Notes under the pieces: model-generated
What the model was told of the DNA's origin: nothing
What the model saw: only the letters and a program-made list of their open reading frames with translations
Databases searched by the model: none
Position numbers and translations under genes: made by a program
Shown: positions 1-9,611 of the stretch, one piece after another
Numbering within the stretch: position 1 is the stretch's first letter
How the letters are laid out: every line of letters begins with the position of its first letter
Source: Trueperaceae bacterium
Lineage (GTDB): Bacteria; Deinococcota; Deinococci; Deinococcales; Trueperaceae
Direction of reading: 5' to 3'
NCBI GenBank assembly: GCA_965213925.1
Contig: OZ243927.1
Location: 4,224,001-4,288,000 of the forward strand
DNA: 64,000 nt

Positions 1-1021
1 AGCGCTCTAGCGAGTCGCTTAGCTCAGAGGTGTATTCAAGTTCGTAGTGCCCGTAAATCCCTTTGACGACCCCAACAGGGTCACTCACCAAGTCGGCGTA
101 GCGGACGTCGTAGACGCGCCCCGGATGGCGCGCTCTCGCTCGCAAGTTTTGCTCAACCGTCGTCTCTAACAGGTCGAGGTTCGCCTGCGTGCCAGCGTCT
201 CGTTCTAGGTCGTCCGTCCCGATCTGCCGCGTCTTGTGGTTCAAACTGCACCAGCTCGCGCATTGGTCTGCGGGGTCGCGGTGCGTCTGGACGATGAGGG
301 CGTCGGGGACAACCTCTAAAAGGGCGTCCAGCGCGTCCGTGTGCGCGGGTTCTTTTAAGACTAAGCGCTTGTCGGGCTTGCGCCGCTGCAAGGCTCTAAG
401 CATGTAGGCGTATTCCCGGTACTTCTCTCGCCTGTCTTGCGCCCTGTACCACTCGAGATACCCATACACCGAAGCCACATCCCAGAAGAGCACGCTCTCA
501 AAGGTCATGCTCAACATGTGGCGGCACTCTTCGGGCAGGTCGGCTTCGACGTGGTGAGCGGCGCTAATTTCAGACCAGCCGAGCAAATCTAGGAATTCAT
601 TTGCCCTTTGCTCTCTGCGCGCGGGCGTGTCTTGGCTGCCTCTAGGCAGCGGCGAGACGACCTCCCAAAAGGGCGCGGCGCGGTGGCGCGAATCCGACGC
701 GAGGAGCCTATGCAGATGCGTCGTACCGGTGCGCGGCAAACCGATCACGATAAGGGGTGGTCGTAGAGATTCGGCGAAACGTTCGGGCAACCCCTTCTGC
801 GCGTGAATGAAGGTGAGACGGTTCTCTAAAGCGTTCAAGACCAGACGGCTCAAAACCATCTCGCCGTAAGCGTTGAGGTCCGCGTCCTTTCGGACCGACG
901 AGAGAAGCTTTTCTAAACCCACGCGGTAGTAGCTAGAGCCGAAGTCAGCGACGCCTATGCGCGCTGCGGCGGCAGCTTCTAAAGCGTCTATCTCTAAACT
1001 CAGCTTTGCACCTTCGATCAT
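1..1021 (-). CDS. Sulfotransferase family protein (3' end runs off the window)
   Basis: Manual translation from ATG 1021 gives MIEGAKLSLEIDALEAAAAARIGVADFG...PLIVIGLPRTGTTHLHRLLA...PFWEVVSP. GLPRTGTT is a PAPS-binding loop. Absent from the ORF track because no stop falls inside the window. Confidence 0.85.
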   Translation of the reverse strand, partial: MIEGAKLSLEIDALEAAAAARIGVADFGSSYYRVGLEKLLSSVRKDADLNAYGEMVLSRLVLNALENRLTFIHAQKGLPERFAESLRPPLIVIGLPRTGTTHLHRLLASDSRHRAAPFWEVVSPLPRGSQDTPARREQRANEFLDLLGWSEISAAHHVEADLPEECRHMLSMTFESVLFWDVASVYGYLEWYRAQDRREKYREYAYMLRALQRRKPDKRLVLKEPAHTDALDALLEVVPDALIVQTHRDPADQCASWCSLNHKTRQIGTDDLERDAGTQANLDLLETTVEQNLRARARHPGRVYDVRYADLVSDPVGVVKGIYGHYELEYTSELSDSLER

Positions 1022-1088
1022 ACCTGCGCATCCATGAGCGACTATACCTCCTTGCGCTGATAAATTTTTGCCACCATCCGGGACGGCT

Positions 1089-1117
1089 AAAAAAGGGACG
1101 GCTCATGAGCCGTCCCT
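1089..1117 (-). terminator. Intrinsic terminator after the cyclophilin pair
   Basis: Perfect palindrome AGGGACGGCTCATGAGCCGTCCCT (1094-1117) followed by a U-tract on the minus strand, about 20 nt after the stop at 1137. Confidence 0.7.
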
Positions 1118-1136
1118 GCACGTTCTCACTCCTGCG

Positions 1137-1706
1137 TCAATTCGACGCGACGATGTAGACCTTTTCCATCTTGTCGGGCTGCGCGCCCCCTGGTCGGGTC
1201 GGGTCTACGCGGGTCAACTCGTCTAAGACCTCGAGCCCCTCGACTACTTTTCCAAAGACCGCGTGCCTGCCGTTTAAGTGCGGCGTCGGTCCGAAGGTGA
1301 TAAAGAACTGCGAGCCGTTGGTGTTGGGCCCGGCGTTCGCCATCGAGAGCGTGCCCTTCTCGTCGTGCTCGAGGTCCGAGTCGAACTCATCTTCGAAGCG
1401 GTAGCCCGGACCGCCGCGCCCCGTGCCCGTCGGGTCGCCGGTTTGCGCCATGAAATCCTCTAACACGCGGTGAAAGACGACGCCGTCGTAGAAGTGATTG
1501 CGCGCCAAGAAGACGAAGTTGTTGACGGTTTTAGGCGTTTCATCCTGAAAGAGGTCGACGACGATGCGCCCTTTACTCGTTTCGATGACAGCCTGGTAGT
1601 CGTGACCCTCTTCTAAGACCTCTTCGGCGTGATCGAATTCGGTTTTACGACCTTCGTTTAGCGGCTCTAAAATTTCGTAGCCTTCGGGTGAGTAGCGGTT
1701 TTCCAT
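1137..1706 (-). CDS. Cyclophilin-type peptidyl-prolyl cis-trans isomerase (cytoplasmic)
   Basis: Motifs [52 protein letters not shown]. Confidence 0.95.
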   Translation of the reverse strand: MENRYSPEGYEILEPLNEGRKTEFDHAEEVLEEGHDYQAVIETSKGRIVVDLFQDETPKTVNNFVFLARNHFYDGVVFHRVLEDFMAQTGDPTGTGRGGPGYRFEDEFDSDLEHDEKGTLSMANAGPNTNGSQFFITFGPTPHLNGRHAVFGKVVEGLEVLDELTRVDPTRPGGAQPDKMEKVYIVASN

Positions 1707-1829
1707 GTACGGCTCCTTTGAAATGCTGCAACGTAGGGGTCGGGCAGCAGAGATCAGCGTAGCGAGACCAACTGCTAAATTCTGACTGACTACTTTATCT
1801 TCCTCCGCTGCTTCACGCTATCTTGCTGC

Positions 1830-2891
1830 TTAGTTGCCCTCAGCCGGACGCTGAATGATCGTTACAGTTTCCATCACGTCGGGCTTGGGGAAAAACCCTA
1901 TCACAGTATCTTGCCCGCTGCGCCCGATGACACCTGTGTAGCCCGCAATCTGAAAGGTCTGTCCAAAGGCGGGCATCGCGCCGAGCGTCTCAGAAAGGGC
2001 GGCTTCGGCGCTCATGTCGGGCGTACCGGGAATGTTGATGCCTTGGGCGCTCAAGTCAGCGAGCTTGATGTCTAAAGGAACCACCACTTCCGGGTTTTGC
2101 GGGTTGATGCGCTGGATATTGTCTAGCACGTCGATCCCTTCGGTGACGTTCCCAAAAACGGTGTACTCTCCGTTCAGGTGCGGCGCTCCCGTCAAGGTGA
2201 TGAAGAACTGCGAGCCGTTCGAGTCGGGGTCGGCGGTGCGCGCCATACCCAACACGCCCGCCTCGTCAAAGCCTAAGTCCTCTTGCACCTCTAAGCCGAA
2301 TTCGTAGCCGGGACCACCCGTGCCCGTGCCCGTCGGGTCGCCCGTCTGCGCCATAAAGTCCTCCAGGACGCGGTGGAAGACGACGCCGTCGTAGTAGCGG
2401 TTGCGCGCCAAGAAGATGAAGTTGTTGACGGTTTCGGGCGTTCTATCCTCGTACAAGTCGGCGATGAGCGTGCCCTCGTTCGTTTGGATGACGGCGGCGT
2501 AGTCGGTGTTCTCCTCTAAAACCTCTTGCGGCTCGGCGAAGGTGCGCTGCTGCTCGTTGGAGAGATACGGTGTGAGGGTGTAGCCTTCCGGGATTTCGAC
2601 TTGCGTGCCGCTGGAGACCTCGCTCGAGCCTCCCGTTGCCTCTCCGCCGGTCATAGCCCCGCCGGTCATGTCTCCACCAGTCACCACGCCACCCGTAGCT
2701 TCACTGTCAACGTCAGCTTGCGCGCCGCCTGTCTGTACCTCACTGGACTCGGCGCTTGTCTCAGTCGCCTCGCTCGAGTCTTGGTTTGTGCCGCTTGAGG
2801 CGGATACCCCCGACCCCGGCTGCACGAAAAGCCAGATACCCACGGATATAAGGAGTACGGCGGCTAAAGCGAGTAAAAGCGTTCGGTTCAT
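1830..2891 (-). CDS. Cyclophilin-type PPIase, exported or membrane-anchored, with low-complexity linker
   Basis: Hydrophobic N-terminus, S/T/E/G-rich linker with repeated TGG, then cyclophilin motifs [27 protein letters not shown]. Confidence 0.92.
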   Translation of the reverse strand: MNRTLLLALAAVLLISVGIWLFVQPGSGVSASSGTNQDSSEATETSAESSEVQTGGAQADVDSEATGGVVTGGDMTGGAMTGGEATGGSSEVSSGTQVEIPEGYTLTPYLSNEQQRTFAEPQEVLEENTDYAAVIQTNEGTLIADLYEDRTPETVNNFIFLARNRYYDGVVFHRVLEDFMAQTGDPTGTGTGGPGYEFGLEVQEDLGFDEAGVLGMARTADPDSNGSQFFITLTGAPHLNGEYTVFGNVTEGIDVLDNIQRINPQNPEVVVPLDIKLADLSAQGINIPGTPDMSAEAALSETLGAMPAFGQTFQIAGYTGVIGRSGQDTVIGFFPKPDVMETVTIIQRPAEGN

Positions 2892-3065
2892 GATTCAACC
2901 TCTTTAATGTGTTGGGTTTGAATAGGATTCACGAGAGGCATTGTACCTAGCTCGTCCACTCGCGCACCTCTTCACACTTTACGAAAGGAGGGGTGCGTGA
3001 AGTTTTTGACTCGAGTGCAACCCCTCGCTACGAATCTATACACCCCTATTCGGTATTCTTAACGT

Positions 3066-4220
3066 ATGAATCTACGCTCAACTTGGTGGACCGTCCCGTT
3101 CCTTTTCGCCCTCCTCACCGCTTGCGCTCCAACCGTTTACGACGAACCTTATCCGGTGGAAGAGGTCGTTTTACCTCGAGACGACGCCGCGCACCCCGCG
3201 CCTATCGAATGGTGGTACTACACGGGGCACCTAGACGCCGAGAGCGGCGAAGAGTACGGCTTCGAGCTAACCTTCTTCAAAGCGTATACGCCGCCGCAAA
3301 TCCAACTCTTCGGCTTCTACCCCGCGCACTGGCTCGTCGACAGAGGTCACGTCGGGCACTTCGCCGTGACGGACAAGTCCGAGGAGACCTTCACGATGGG
3401 CGAACGCGCCGACTTTTGGGGCTATGAGGCGGGCGCGAGCAGCGACGAGTTGGATGTTTATGTCGCAGAATGGAGCGCCGAACGCGCCGAGGACGGCGTG
3501 AGCCACCGCATCCAAGCGAAGGAAGGCGGCTACGAAATCGACCTCGTCCTGACCCCGATGAAACCTGCCGCGCTGCACGGTGACCCGCCCGGCATCCAGT
3601 CGATGGGACCGGGCGGCACGAGCTACTACGTCTCGTACACGCGCATGGCAGTCTCGGGCACCATCAAAACAGGCTGCGACTTCACGGGTTTCGCATGTAA
3701 GACGCAAGAGGTCTCCGGCACCGCTTGGCACGACCATCAGTGGGGCGACTTCGACGTGAGCAGCTATGCGGGCTGGGACTGGTTCAGTATGCAGTTCGAG
3801 GACAACACCGAGCTGATGGTCTACCTCATCCGTATGCCGGACGGCGAATACATCGCGCAGGCAGGCTCATTCATCACCGAAGGCGGGCGTACGTTGGAGC
3901 TAACTGAAGAGGATTTAGAGATCATCGAGACGGGCGAAACCTGGACGAGCGAGGCGACGGGCGCGGTCTACCCTATCGAATGGCGGGTGCGCGTGCCGAA
4001 GCACAGTATCGACGTAAACGTCGTCCCTGTGATTAAAAATCAAGAGATGGACACGCGGGCGTCCACGGGCATCGTGTATTGGGAGGGTGCGGTGGACCTC
4101 ACGGGCTCGCATACAGGCGACGGCTTTGTCGAACTGACGAACTACGACCTCTATCCGTATGGGATGACCGATGAGAACACGCCGTTGCAACCGCTGAGGG
4201 GACCGTTTGGCGGAGGGTAA
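3066..4220 (+). CDS. Lipocalin-like CrtC/AttH-family (hydratase-like) lipoprotein
   Basis: Lipobox LLTAC; motifs HPAPIEWWYYTG, SYYVSYTRM, WHDHQW, GWDWFS, YWEG, GFVELT. Confidence 0.8.
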   Translation: MNLRSTWWTVPFLFALLTACAPTVYDEPYPVEEVVLPRDDAAHPAPIEWWYYTGHLDAESGEEYGFELTFFKAYTPPQIQLFGFYPAHWLVDRGHVGHFAVTDKSEETFTMGERADFWGYEAGASSDELDVYVAEWSAERAEDGVSHRIQAKEGGYEIDLVLTPMKPAALHGDPPGIQSMGPGGTSYYVSYTRMAVSGTIKTGCDFTGFACKTQEVSGTAWHDHQWGDFDVSSYAGWDWFSMQFEDNTELMVYLIRMPDGEYIAQAGSFITEGGRTLELTEEDLEIIETGETWTSEATGAVYPIEWRVRVPKHSIDVNVVPVIKNQEMDTRASTGIVYWEGAVDLTGSHTGDGFVELTNYDLYPYGMTDENTPLQPLRGPFGGG

Positions 4221-4221
4221 A

Positions 4222-4325
4222 GCAGGTGAAAGAGAATAAGGACTGTTACGGAGTTTTTGCCAGAGGCAAAAGGACTGAGTAAAAGCCTTTCTTCTTCAGC
4301 CCTCAGTCCTTTCACCTTTTCTCTT
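4222..4325. repeat. Intergenic palindromic repeat, AGGACTG/CTCAGTC family, copy 1
   Basis: AAAGGACTGAG (4269-4279) pairs with CTCAGTCCTTT (4302-4312); related copies at about 37946 and 46707. Confidence 0.6.
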
Positions 4326-4398
4326 CGAAGTAGCGCCGCATCACTCGAAACGATATGCAGACCGCACATACTCCACCTTTTTCCCTTACAATACTCCG

Positions 4399-6633
4399 GT
4401 GACGAGCCTACGCGAGAGCGCCGCAACTTTTGGACTGTCTGACGAAGAATTTAGTGGCGTTATCGAAGCACTAGGACGCGAGCCGAACGCGCTCGAGGCC
4501 GCCATGTTCGGCGCACTCTGGAGCGAGCACTGCGGCTATAAGAACTCGAGACCTCTTCTTAAACGTCTACCCACCGAAGGTCCGCAAGTTTTACAGGGTC
4601 CGGGCGAGAACGCGGGCGTGGTCGATATCGGCGAGGGGTACGCCGTCGCCTTCAAGATGGAGTCGCACAACCACCCCTCCGCTGTAGAACCCGTGCAGGG
4701 CGCGGCGACGGGCGTGGGCGGAATTTTGCGCGACATCTTCGCGATGGGGGCGCGTCCGGTGGCGGTCTTGGACTCGCTCCGCTTCGGTGATTTAGATAAT
4801 GACCGTACCAAATACCTCTTGAACGGCGTCGTCCACGGCATCTCGCTCTACGGCAACGCGATTGGCGTGCCGACGGTCGGCGGCGACATCGCCTTTCACC
4901 CTTGCTATCAGGAAAACCCTTTAGTCAATGTGATGGCAGTTGGGCTCATGCGCCACGAGCAGCTTCAGTCGGGGACGGTAGGCGAAGTCGGCAACACGCT
5001 CGTCTATGTGGGTTCCAAAACAGGGCGTGATGGGCTCGGCGGCGCGGTTTTCGCCTCGGCGGACCTCTCGGAGCAGAGCGACGCGGATAGACCGGCCGTA
5101 CAAGTGGGCGACCCATTTATGGAGAAGTTGCTGCTAGAGGCGTGCCTAGAAGCCATAGAGCAAGACCTCGTCATCGGCGTGCAAGATATGGGCGCGGCGG
5201 GGCTGACCTCGTCGGTGGCGGAGATGGCGTACCGGGCAGGTCGAGGCATCGACTTTTATGTGGACAAGGTGCCGCGCCGTGAGACGGGGATGACACCTCT
5301 TGAAGTCCTCCTCTCCGAATCGCAAGAGCGCATGGTGCTCGTTCCCAAACCGGGCAAAGAGGCTGAACTCCTGAAGTTGCTGGGAAGGTGGGAACTCGAA
5401 GCCGTCATCGTTGGTGAGGTCGCGAGCCACGGGATGTTTCGGATTGTAGAAAACGGTGAGGTTGTCGGCGACATGCCCGTCGTCGCCCTGAATGAAGCGC
5501 CGACCTATACTCGAGAAGGCGTCGAGGACGAAGAGGTCCGCGCTAAGCGTGAACAGTCTATAGAGGTGGACGTTCCCGATAATTTGGAAGAGGTCTTGCT
5601 TAGGCTTCTCAGTAGCCCCACCATCGCTTCCAAGCGACCTGTTTTCGAGCAGTACGACCACCAAGTGATGACCAATACGGTGGTTCTGCCCGGTCAGGCT
5701 GACGCCGCCGTGTTGCGCGTCAAGGGAACCTCTCGCGGGATTGCCATGACCGTAGACTGCAACCCGCGCTACTGCTACTTAGACCCTTACGAGGGCGCGA
5801 AACTCGCCGTCGCCGAAGCCGCGCGCAACCTCGCGTGCGTGGGCGCGACGCCGCTGGCGATCACAGATAACCTCAACTTCGGGAATCCGACACGCTTAGA
5901 TGTTTACTATCAGATGGAACGCGCCGTCGAAGGGTTAAAAGATGCGTGTCTCGCGTTAGGAACCCCTGTCACAGGCGGCAACGTCAGCCTCTACAACCAG
6001 TACCGCACAACTCAAAGTCAGGCTGATGGACTGCGCGCCGTTCACCCCACGCCGAATGTCGGCATGGTCGGCGTCGTGCCCGATATTTCCAAACGAGCGA
6101 CGCAAGACTTCAAGCGAGATGGCGATATCATGATTCTCATTGGTGAAAGTACGGGCGACGGTACAGATGCGTTGGGCGCGTCGGAATACTTGGCGAGGTG
6201 GCACGCTCTAGAAATCGGGCGTCCGCCTGAGTTGGATTTGGAGCGTGCCAAAGCCCTCCAGGATGCGGTTTCTTCTGTAATTCAACAAGGCTTATGCGAC
6301 ACCGCGCACGACCTCTCCGAAGGCGGGCTCGCCGTGGCGCTCGCTGAGATGGTCATCTCCGGGCAAAAGGGTGTTAAAGTATCTCTGAAAGATGGCGTGA
6401 GGGCGGACGCGCTACTTTTCGGTGAGGGTCAGTCTAGAGTTCTCCTCGCATTAAGACCCGAAGTTGTCATCCCGGTGGAAACCCTCCTGACAAGCTACAA
6501 ACTCCCCTTTCAAACGCTTGGTAAAGTTGGCGGCAAGGGGCTCGAGCTAGAGCTACCAGATCAAACCGTAACCCTATCCCTAAAGACCCTGACCGAAACC
6601 TTTGAACAACCCTTGAGAGAGGCACTTGCATGA
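4399..6633 (+). CDS. purL: Phosphoribosylformylglycinamidine synthase subunit PurL (small form)
   Basis: WSEHCGYK, KMESHNHPS, DMGAAG, SESQERM, TDNLNFGNP, HDLSEGG. TACAAT lies 6 nt before the GTG start. Confidence 0.97.
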   Translation: MTSLRESAATFGLSDEEFSGVIEALGREPNALEAAMFGALWSEHCGYKNSRPLLKRLPTEGPQVLQGPGENAGVVDIGEGYAVAFKMESHNHPSAVEPVQGAATGVGGILRDIFAMGARPVAVLDSLRFGDLDNDRTKYLLNGVVHGISLYGNAIGVPTVGGDIAFHPCYQENPLVNVMAVGLMRHEQLQSGTVGEVGNTLVYVGSKTGRDGLGGAVFASADLSEQSDADRPAVQVGDPFMEKLLLEACLEAIEQDLVIGVQDMGAAGLTSSVAEMAYRAGRGIDFYVDKVPRRETGMTPLEVLLSESQERMVLVPKPGKEAELLKLLGRWELEAVIVGEVASHGMFRIVENGEVVGDMPVVALNEAPTYTREGVEDEEVRAKREQSIEVDVPDNLEEVLLRLLSSPTIASKRPVFEQYDHQVMTNTVVLPGQADAAVLRVKGTSRGIAMTVDCNPRYCYLDPYEGAKLAVAEAARNLACVGATPLAITDNLNFGNPTRLDVYYQMERAVEGLKDACLALGTPVTGGNVSLYNQYRTTQSQADGLRAVHPTPNVGMVGVVPDISKRATQDFKRDGDIMILIGESTGDGTDALGASEYLARWHALEIGRPPELDLERAKALQDAVSSVIQQGLCDTAHDLSEGGLAVALAEMVISGQKGVKVSLKDGVRADALLFGEGQSRVLLALRPEVVIPVETLLTSYKLPFQTLGKVGGKGLELELPDQTVTLSLKTLTETFEQPLREALA

Positions 6634-8057
6634 TTCCTTTGGACGTTTACGGTGACGTTGATGGTGACAAACCCCGCGAAGAGTGCGGCGTCTTCGCCGT
6701 GCACCTCCCTGAACCTGCAGATATCGCCGCGCTCTGCCATCTAGGGGTTTTCGCCCTCCAACATAGAGGTCAGGAGTCGTGCGGCATCTGCGTGTCGAAC
6801 GGTGAGGACATCGTCATCGAGAAGGACATGGGGCTCGTCGCGGAGGTCTTTACCGAGGAGCGTATCGAGAAGTTGCGCCTACCCAACATGCGTACGGGCA
6901 TCGGTCACACGCGCTACTCCACGACAGGCTCATCCTTACGCTTCAACGCCCAACCGCTGACGGTGCGCTCGAACAAAGGGCTCTTAGCGCTCGCTCATAA
7001 CGGCAACTTCACCAATGCTAAAGCGATTCGCGTTGAGATGCTGGGCAACGGCGCAGTCTTTCAAACCACCAACGACAGTGAAGTCATGATCAACCTCATC
7101 GCCCGCTACAGCCAACTCTCCTTAGAGGACGCCACCGCGCAGGTGATGAGCGAACTCGAGGGTGGCTTCGCCGTCGTCATCATGGACAAGACCAAGATCA
7201 TCGGGCTGCGCGACGCCAACGGGGTGCGACCTCTCGTCATTGGCGGATTAGAGGGCGGCTACGTCTTCGCCTCGGAGGTTTCTGCTCTCCATGTCATTGG
7301 CGCGTCATACCTGCGCGACGTGAAACCGGGCGAACTCGTCGTGGCGGATGACGCGGGCTTGCACTCGAGGCAAGTTTTAGAGCCTATCCCGACCCCCTGC
7401 GCCTTTGAGTGGATTTACTTTGCGAGAGGGGATGGGACGTTGGACGGGGCGGACGTGCACGCCTCGAGAATCCGCATGGGCGAAGTTTTAGCGGAAGAAT
7501 CTCCGACCGACGCCGACGTGATTGTTGGCGTGCCCGAGTCCGGCTTACCTGCTGCGATTGGGTACGCAAGGGCCTCGGGTATCCCCTTCGACTTAGGGCT
7601 TTATAAATCCCCTTACGCCGGGCGCACCTTCATCAACCCTACCCAAAGGCTGCGCGATCTCAAAGTCAAGCTCAAGCTCGCGCCCACCGCCGCTGTTAAG
7701 GGCAAGCGCGTCGTCTTAGTTGACGACTCCATCGTGCGCGGCACGACCTCGGGGCGCATCGTGCAGCTTCTCCGGGACGCCGGAGCTAAAGAGGTTCACT
7801 TTCGCGTCTCCTCGCCACCCATTAAATACCCCTGTTACTACGGCATCGACACGGCGGCGCGTAAAGAACTCGCGGCGGCGACGATGAGTGTGGAGGAAAT
7901 CTGTGAGCGCATCGGGGCGGATTCGCTCTCCTTTATCTCCGAAGCGGGGCTTTCAAAGGCGATTGGGCTGACGCGGACCTGTTTAGCTTGTTTTGATGGA
8001 GCGTATCCGGCGGGGGTGCCGGAGGAGGAGCAAGAGGAGAGTTTGGTGGCGGTTTGA
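6630..8057 (+). CDS. purF: Amidophosphoribosyltransferase
   Basis: Propeptide then EECGVF, LQHRGQES, GHTRYST, PRTase motif VLVDDSIVRGTT; ATGA overlap with purL. Confidence 0.97.
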   Translation: MIPLDVYGDVDGDKPREECGVFAVHLPEPADIAALCHLGVFALQHRGQESCGICVSNGEDIVIEKDMGLVAEVFTEERIEKLRLPNMRTGIGHTRYSTTGSSLRFNAQPLTVRSNKGLLALAHNGNFTNAKAIRVEMLGNGAVFQTTNDSEVMINLIARYSQLSLEDATAQVMSELEGGFAVVIMDKTKIIGLRDANGVRPLVIGGLEGGYVFASEVSALHVIGASYLRDVKPGELVVADDAGLHSRQVLEPIPTPCAFEWIYFARGDGTLDGADVHASRIRMGEVLAEESPTDADVIVGVPESGLPAAIGYARASGIPFDLGLYKSPYAGRTFINPTQRLRDLKVKLKLAPTAAVKGKRVVLVDDSIVRGTTSGRIVQLLRDAGAKEVHFRVSSPPIKYPCYYGIDTAARKELAAATMSVEEICERIGADSLSFISEAGLSKAIGLTRTCLACFDGAYPAGVPEEEQEESLVAV

Positions 8058-8063
8058 AGGCTG

Positions 8064-9611
8064 CTAACTCTCCATCCTCAAATTGTAGAATATTTCTAGT
8101 TGGGTTTTAACTTTCTCTCTTAGGTCATTCGTGTCATCTGCCGTTAGAACCTGAAATGACTTGATGTTGAAACCCACGTCCTTTGAGAAATCGCTGCCCG
8201 AAATTGACTTGTTGTGAACCAGTATAAAGTTGTCTTGGCTCAAGCCAGCCCCTTTATTGGCACCCATTAGGTAGCCGATTTCATGATAGACATTTTTGTT
8301 TCCGAGAGAGAGGTCAGCAATAAGTAAGCCGCTGTCGTAAATTAGTTGCAGTATCTCACTATCAATCTCGTAAGAATGCCCTTTAAGATACTCATCAATT
8401 CGTATCTCCCGAAGTTCCAGGTCGAGCTTATGCTCCGTGTTTACGTCATTGACAGCATTCATGATTGCTGTATGGTTCGACTTCGTTTCGGAGCTAAACT
8501 GCATTGAAACGAAAATGGTTCTTTTCTTCGCCTCGAGCACACAATTGAAGATTTTGATGAGTTCTTTAGCGTCGGTGTTTTTGGTTTGATAAAGATGATT
8601 TTTGAGCACCCAGTTTGTAAAAACATTCAAGGTCAACTTAGATTTGAAAGCGTAGTAGATGAACGCAGTGAGTAGCCCCTCGTTAGGGTTCCGATAGAGT
8701 CTTTCGTCGCTATAAATTTCGTTGACCGCAGCCAAATGTTTCTTGAAAACATCCAGCTCATCACCTACCTGTAATAAACCACCGTCTAGCAGAAGTTGAA
8801 ACGAGTTGAGCAGGAAGGTGCGCTTAATGCACGCGCTCTCCTGTGGGTCAAGCACTGCCTTAATGTTTTGCAACATTGATAAATTCCAGCTCAGCAGCAT
8901 CTTTCGCGCTAAGACGTAAGATTCACCGAAGGATTTTCTGAGAACATCGTCAGAGAAAAGCGCTTCGTCTTCGAGAATCAGTTTAAGGCTTTGCTCCATC
9001 GTCAGGGCGATTTGGCGAAAGTTGATGTTGTGAAATAGTGCCCGGCTATACCTCTTCAACTCATCGTCTGACCGAAAAAGAACTAAGCAAAACGGCACGT
9101 TGTAGTTGCTGAACTTCTGACGTAACTCTTCGTCTAAACTGTCGCCATGATTCGTGAGAACGCTTAAACGGTGATTGCCGTCTATACGGTGAAACTTGGA
9201 GAAGTTGCTACTCTCCTCGAGCAGCGCATCATCAATCATCAGCCTTGTCCTTCGAAAGTAAATCTTTGAGCGCAATTCGTTAGGGCTTGAACGGCTTGTG
9301 ATGTAGTCCCTGAGCGTGAACTCAGTAAATTCATGTTTTGCGCCTTTGTCACCCTGCAGCGCTAAAATAAAGTCATTTACTCCGCCCAGATTACTACCGT
9401 CATCTAGGCTTGCTCCTAAGATGACCTCGGGAAAGAAAAGGAAACGCTCCTCATTCAAAAAATCAATCATCTCCTGACGATGCTCCGTAATCAGGTCGCG
9501 CTGATAGCTCTCGTCAGGCGCTGAGATTTTGTCCAAATCCCCCAATGACGCAAAGCCGCGCAAGCAGATGAAGTTACCCAGCGAGTTATCTAAGACCCCT
9601 TCTAAAATCAC
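8064..9611 (-). CDS. DGQHR/DndB-like domain fused to a nucleoside 2-deoxyribosyltransferase/TIR-like domain; putative defence effector
   Basis: N-half has YQR, FPEVIL, IDGNHRL, LFHNIN. C-terminus has IFVSMQF...RIDE...LLIADLSLGNKNVYHEIGY. AT-rich; GTG start overlaps the TGA of the upstream specificity gene. Confidence 0.7.
   Translation of the reverse strand: MILEGVLDNSLGNFICLRGFASLGDLDKISAPDESYQRDLITEHRQEMIDFLNEERFLFFPEVILGASLDDGSNLGGVNDFILALQGDKGAKHEFTEFTLRDYITSRSSPNELRSKIYFRRTRLMIDDALLEESSNFSKFHRIDGNHRLSVLTNHGDSLDEELRQKFSNYNVPFCLVLFRSDDELKRYSRALFHNINFRQIALTMEQSLKLILEDEALFSDDVLRKSFGESYVLARKMLLSWNLSMLQNIKAVLDPQESACIKRTFLLNSFQLLLDGGLLQVGDELDVFKKHLAAVNEIYSDERLYRNPNEGLLTAFIYYAFKSKLTLNVFTNWVLKNHLYQTKNTDAKELIKIFNCVLEAKKRTIFVSMQFSSETKSNHTAIMNAVNDVNTEHKLDLELREIRIDEYLKGHSYEIDSEILQLIYDSGLLIADLSLGNKNVYHEIGYLMGANKGAGLSQDNFILVHNKSISGSDFSKDVGFNIKSFQVLTADDTNDLREKVKTQLEIFYNLRMES

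Noticed and set aside
8064..9611. dndB of a phosphorothioation system, or the missing hsdR
   Set aside because: No dndA/C/D/E in the window, an extra C-terminal domain, and no helicase motifs.
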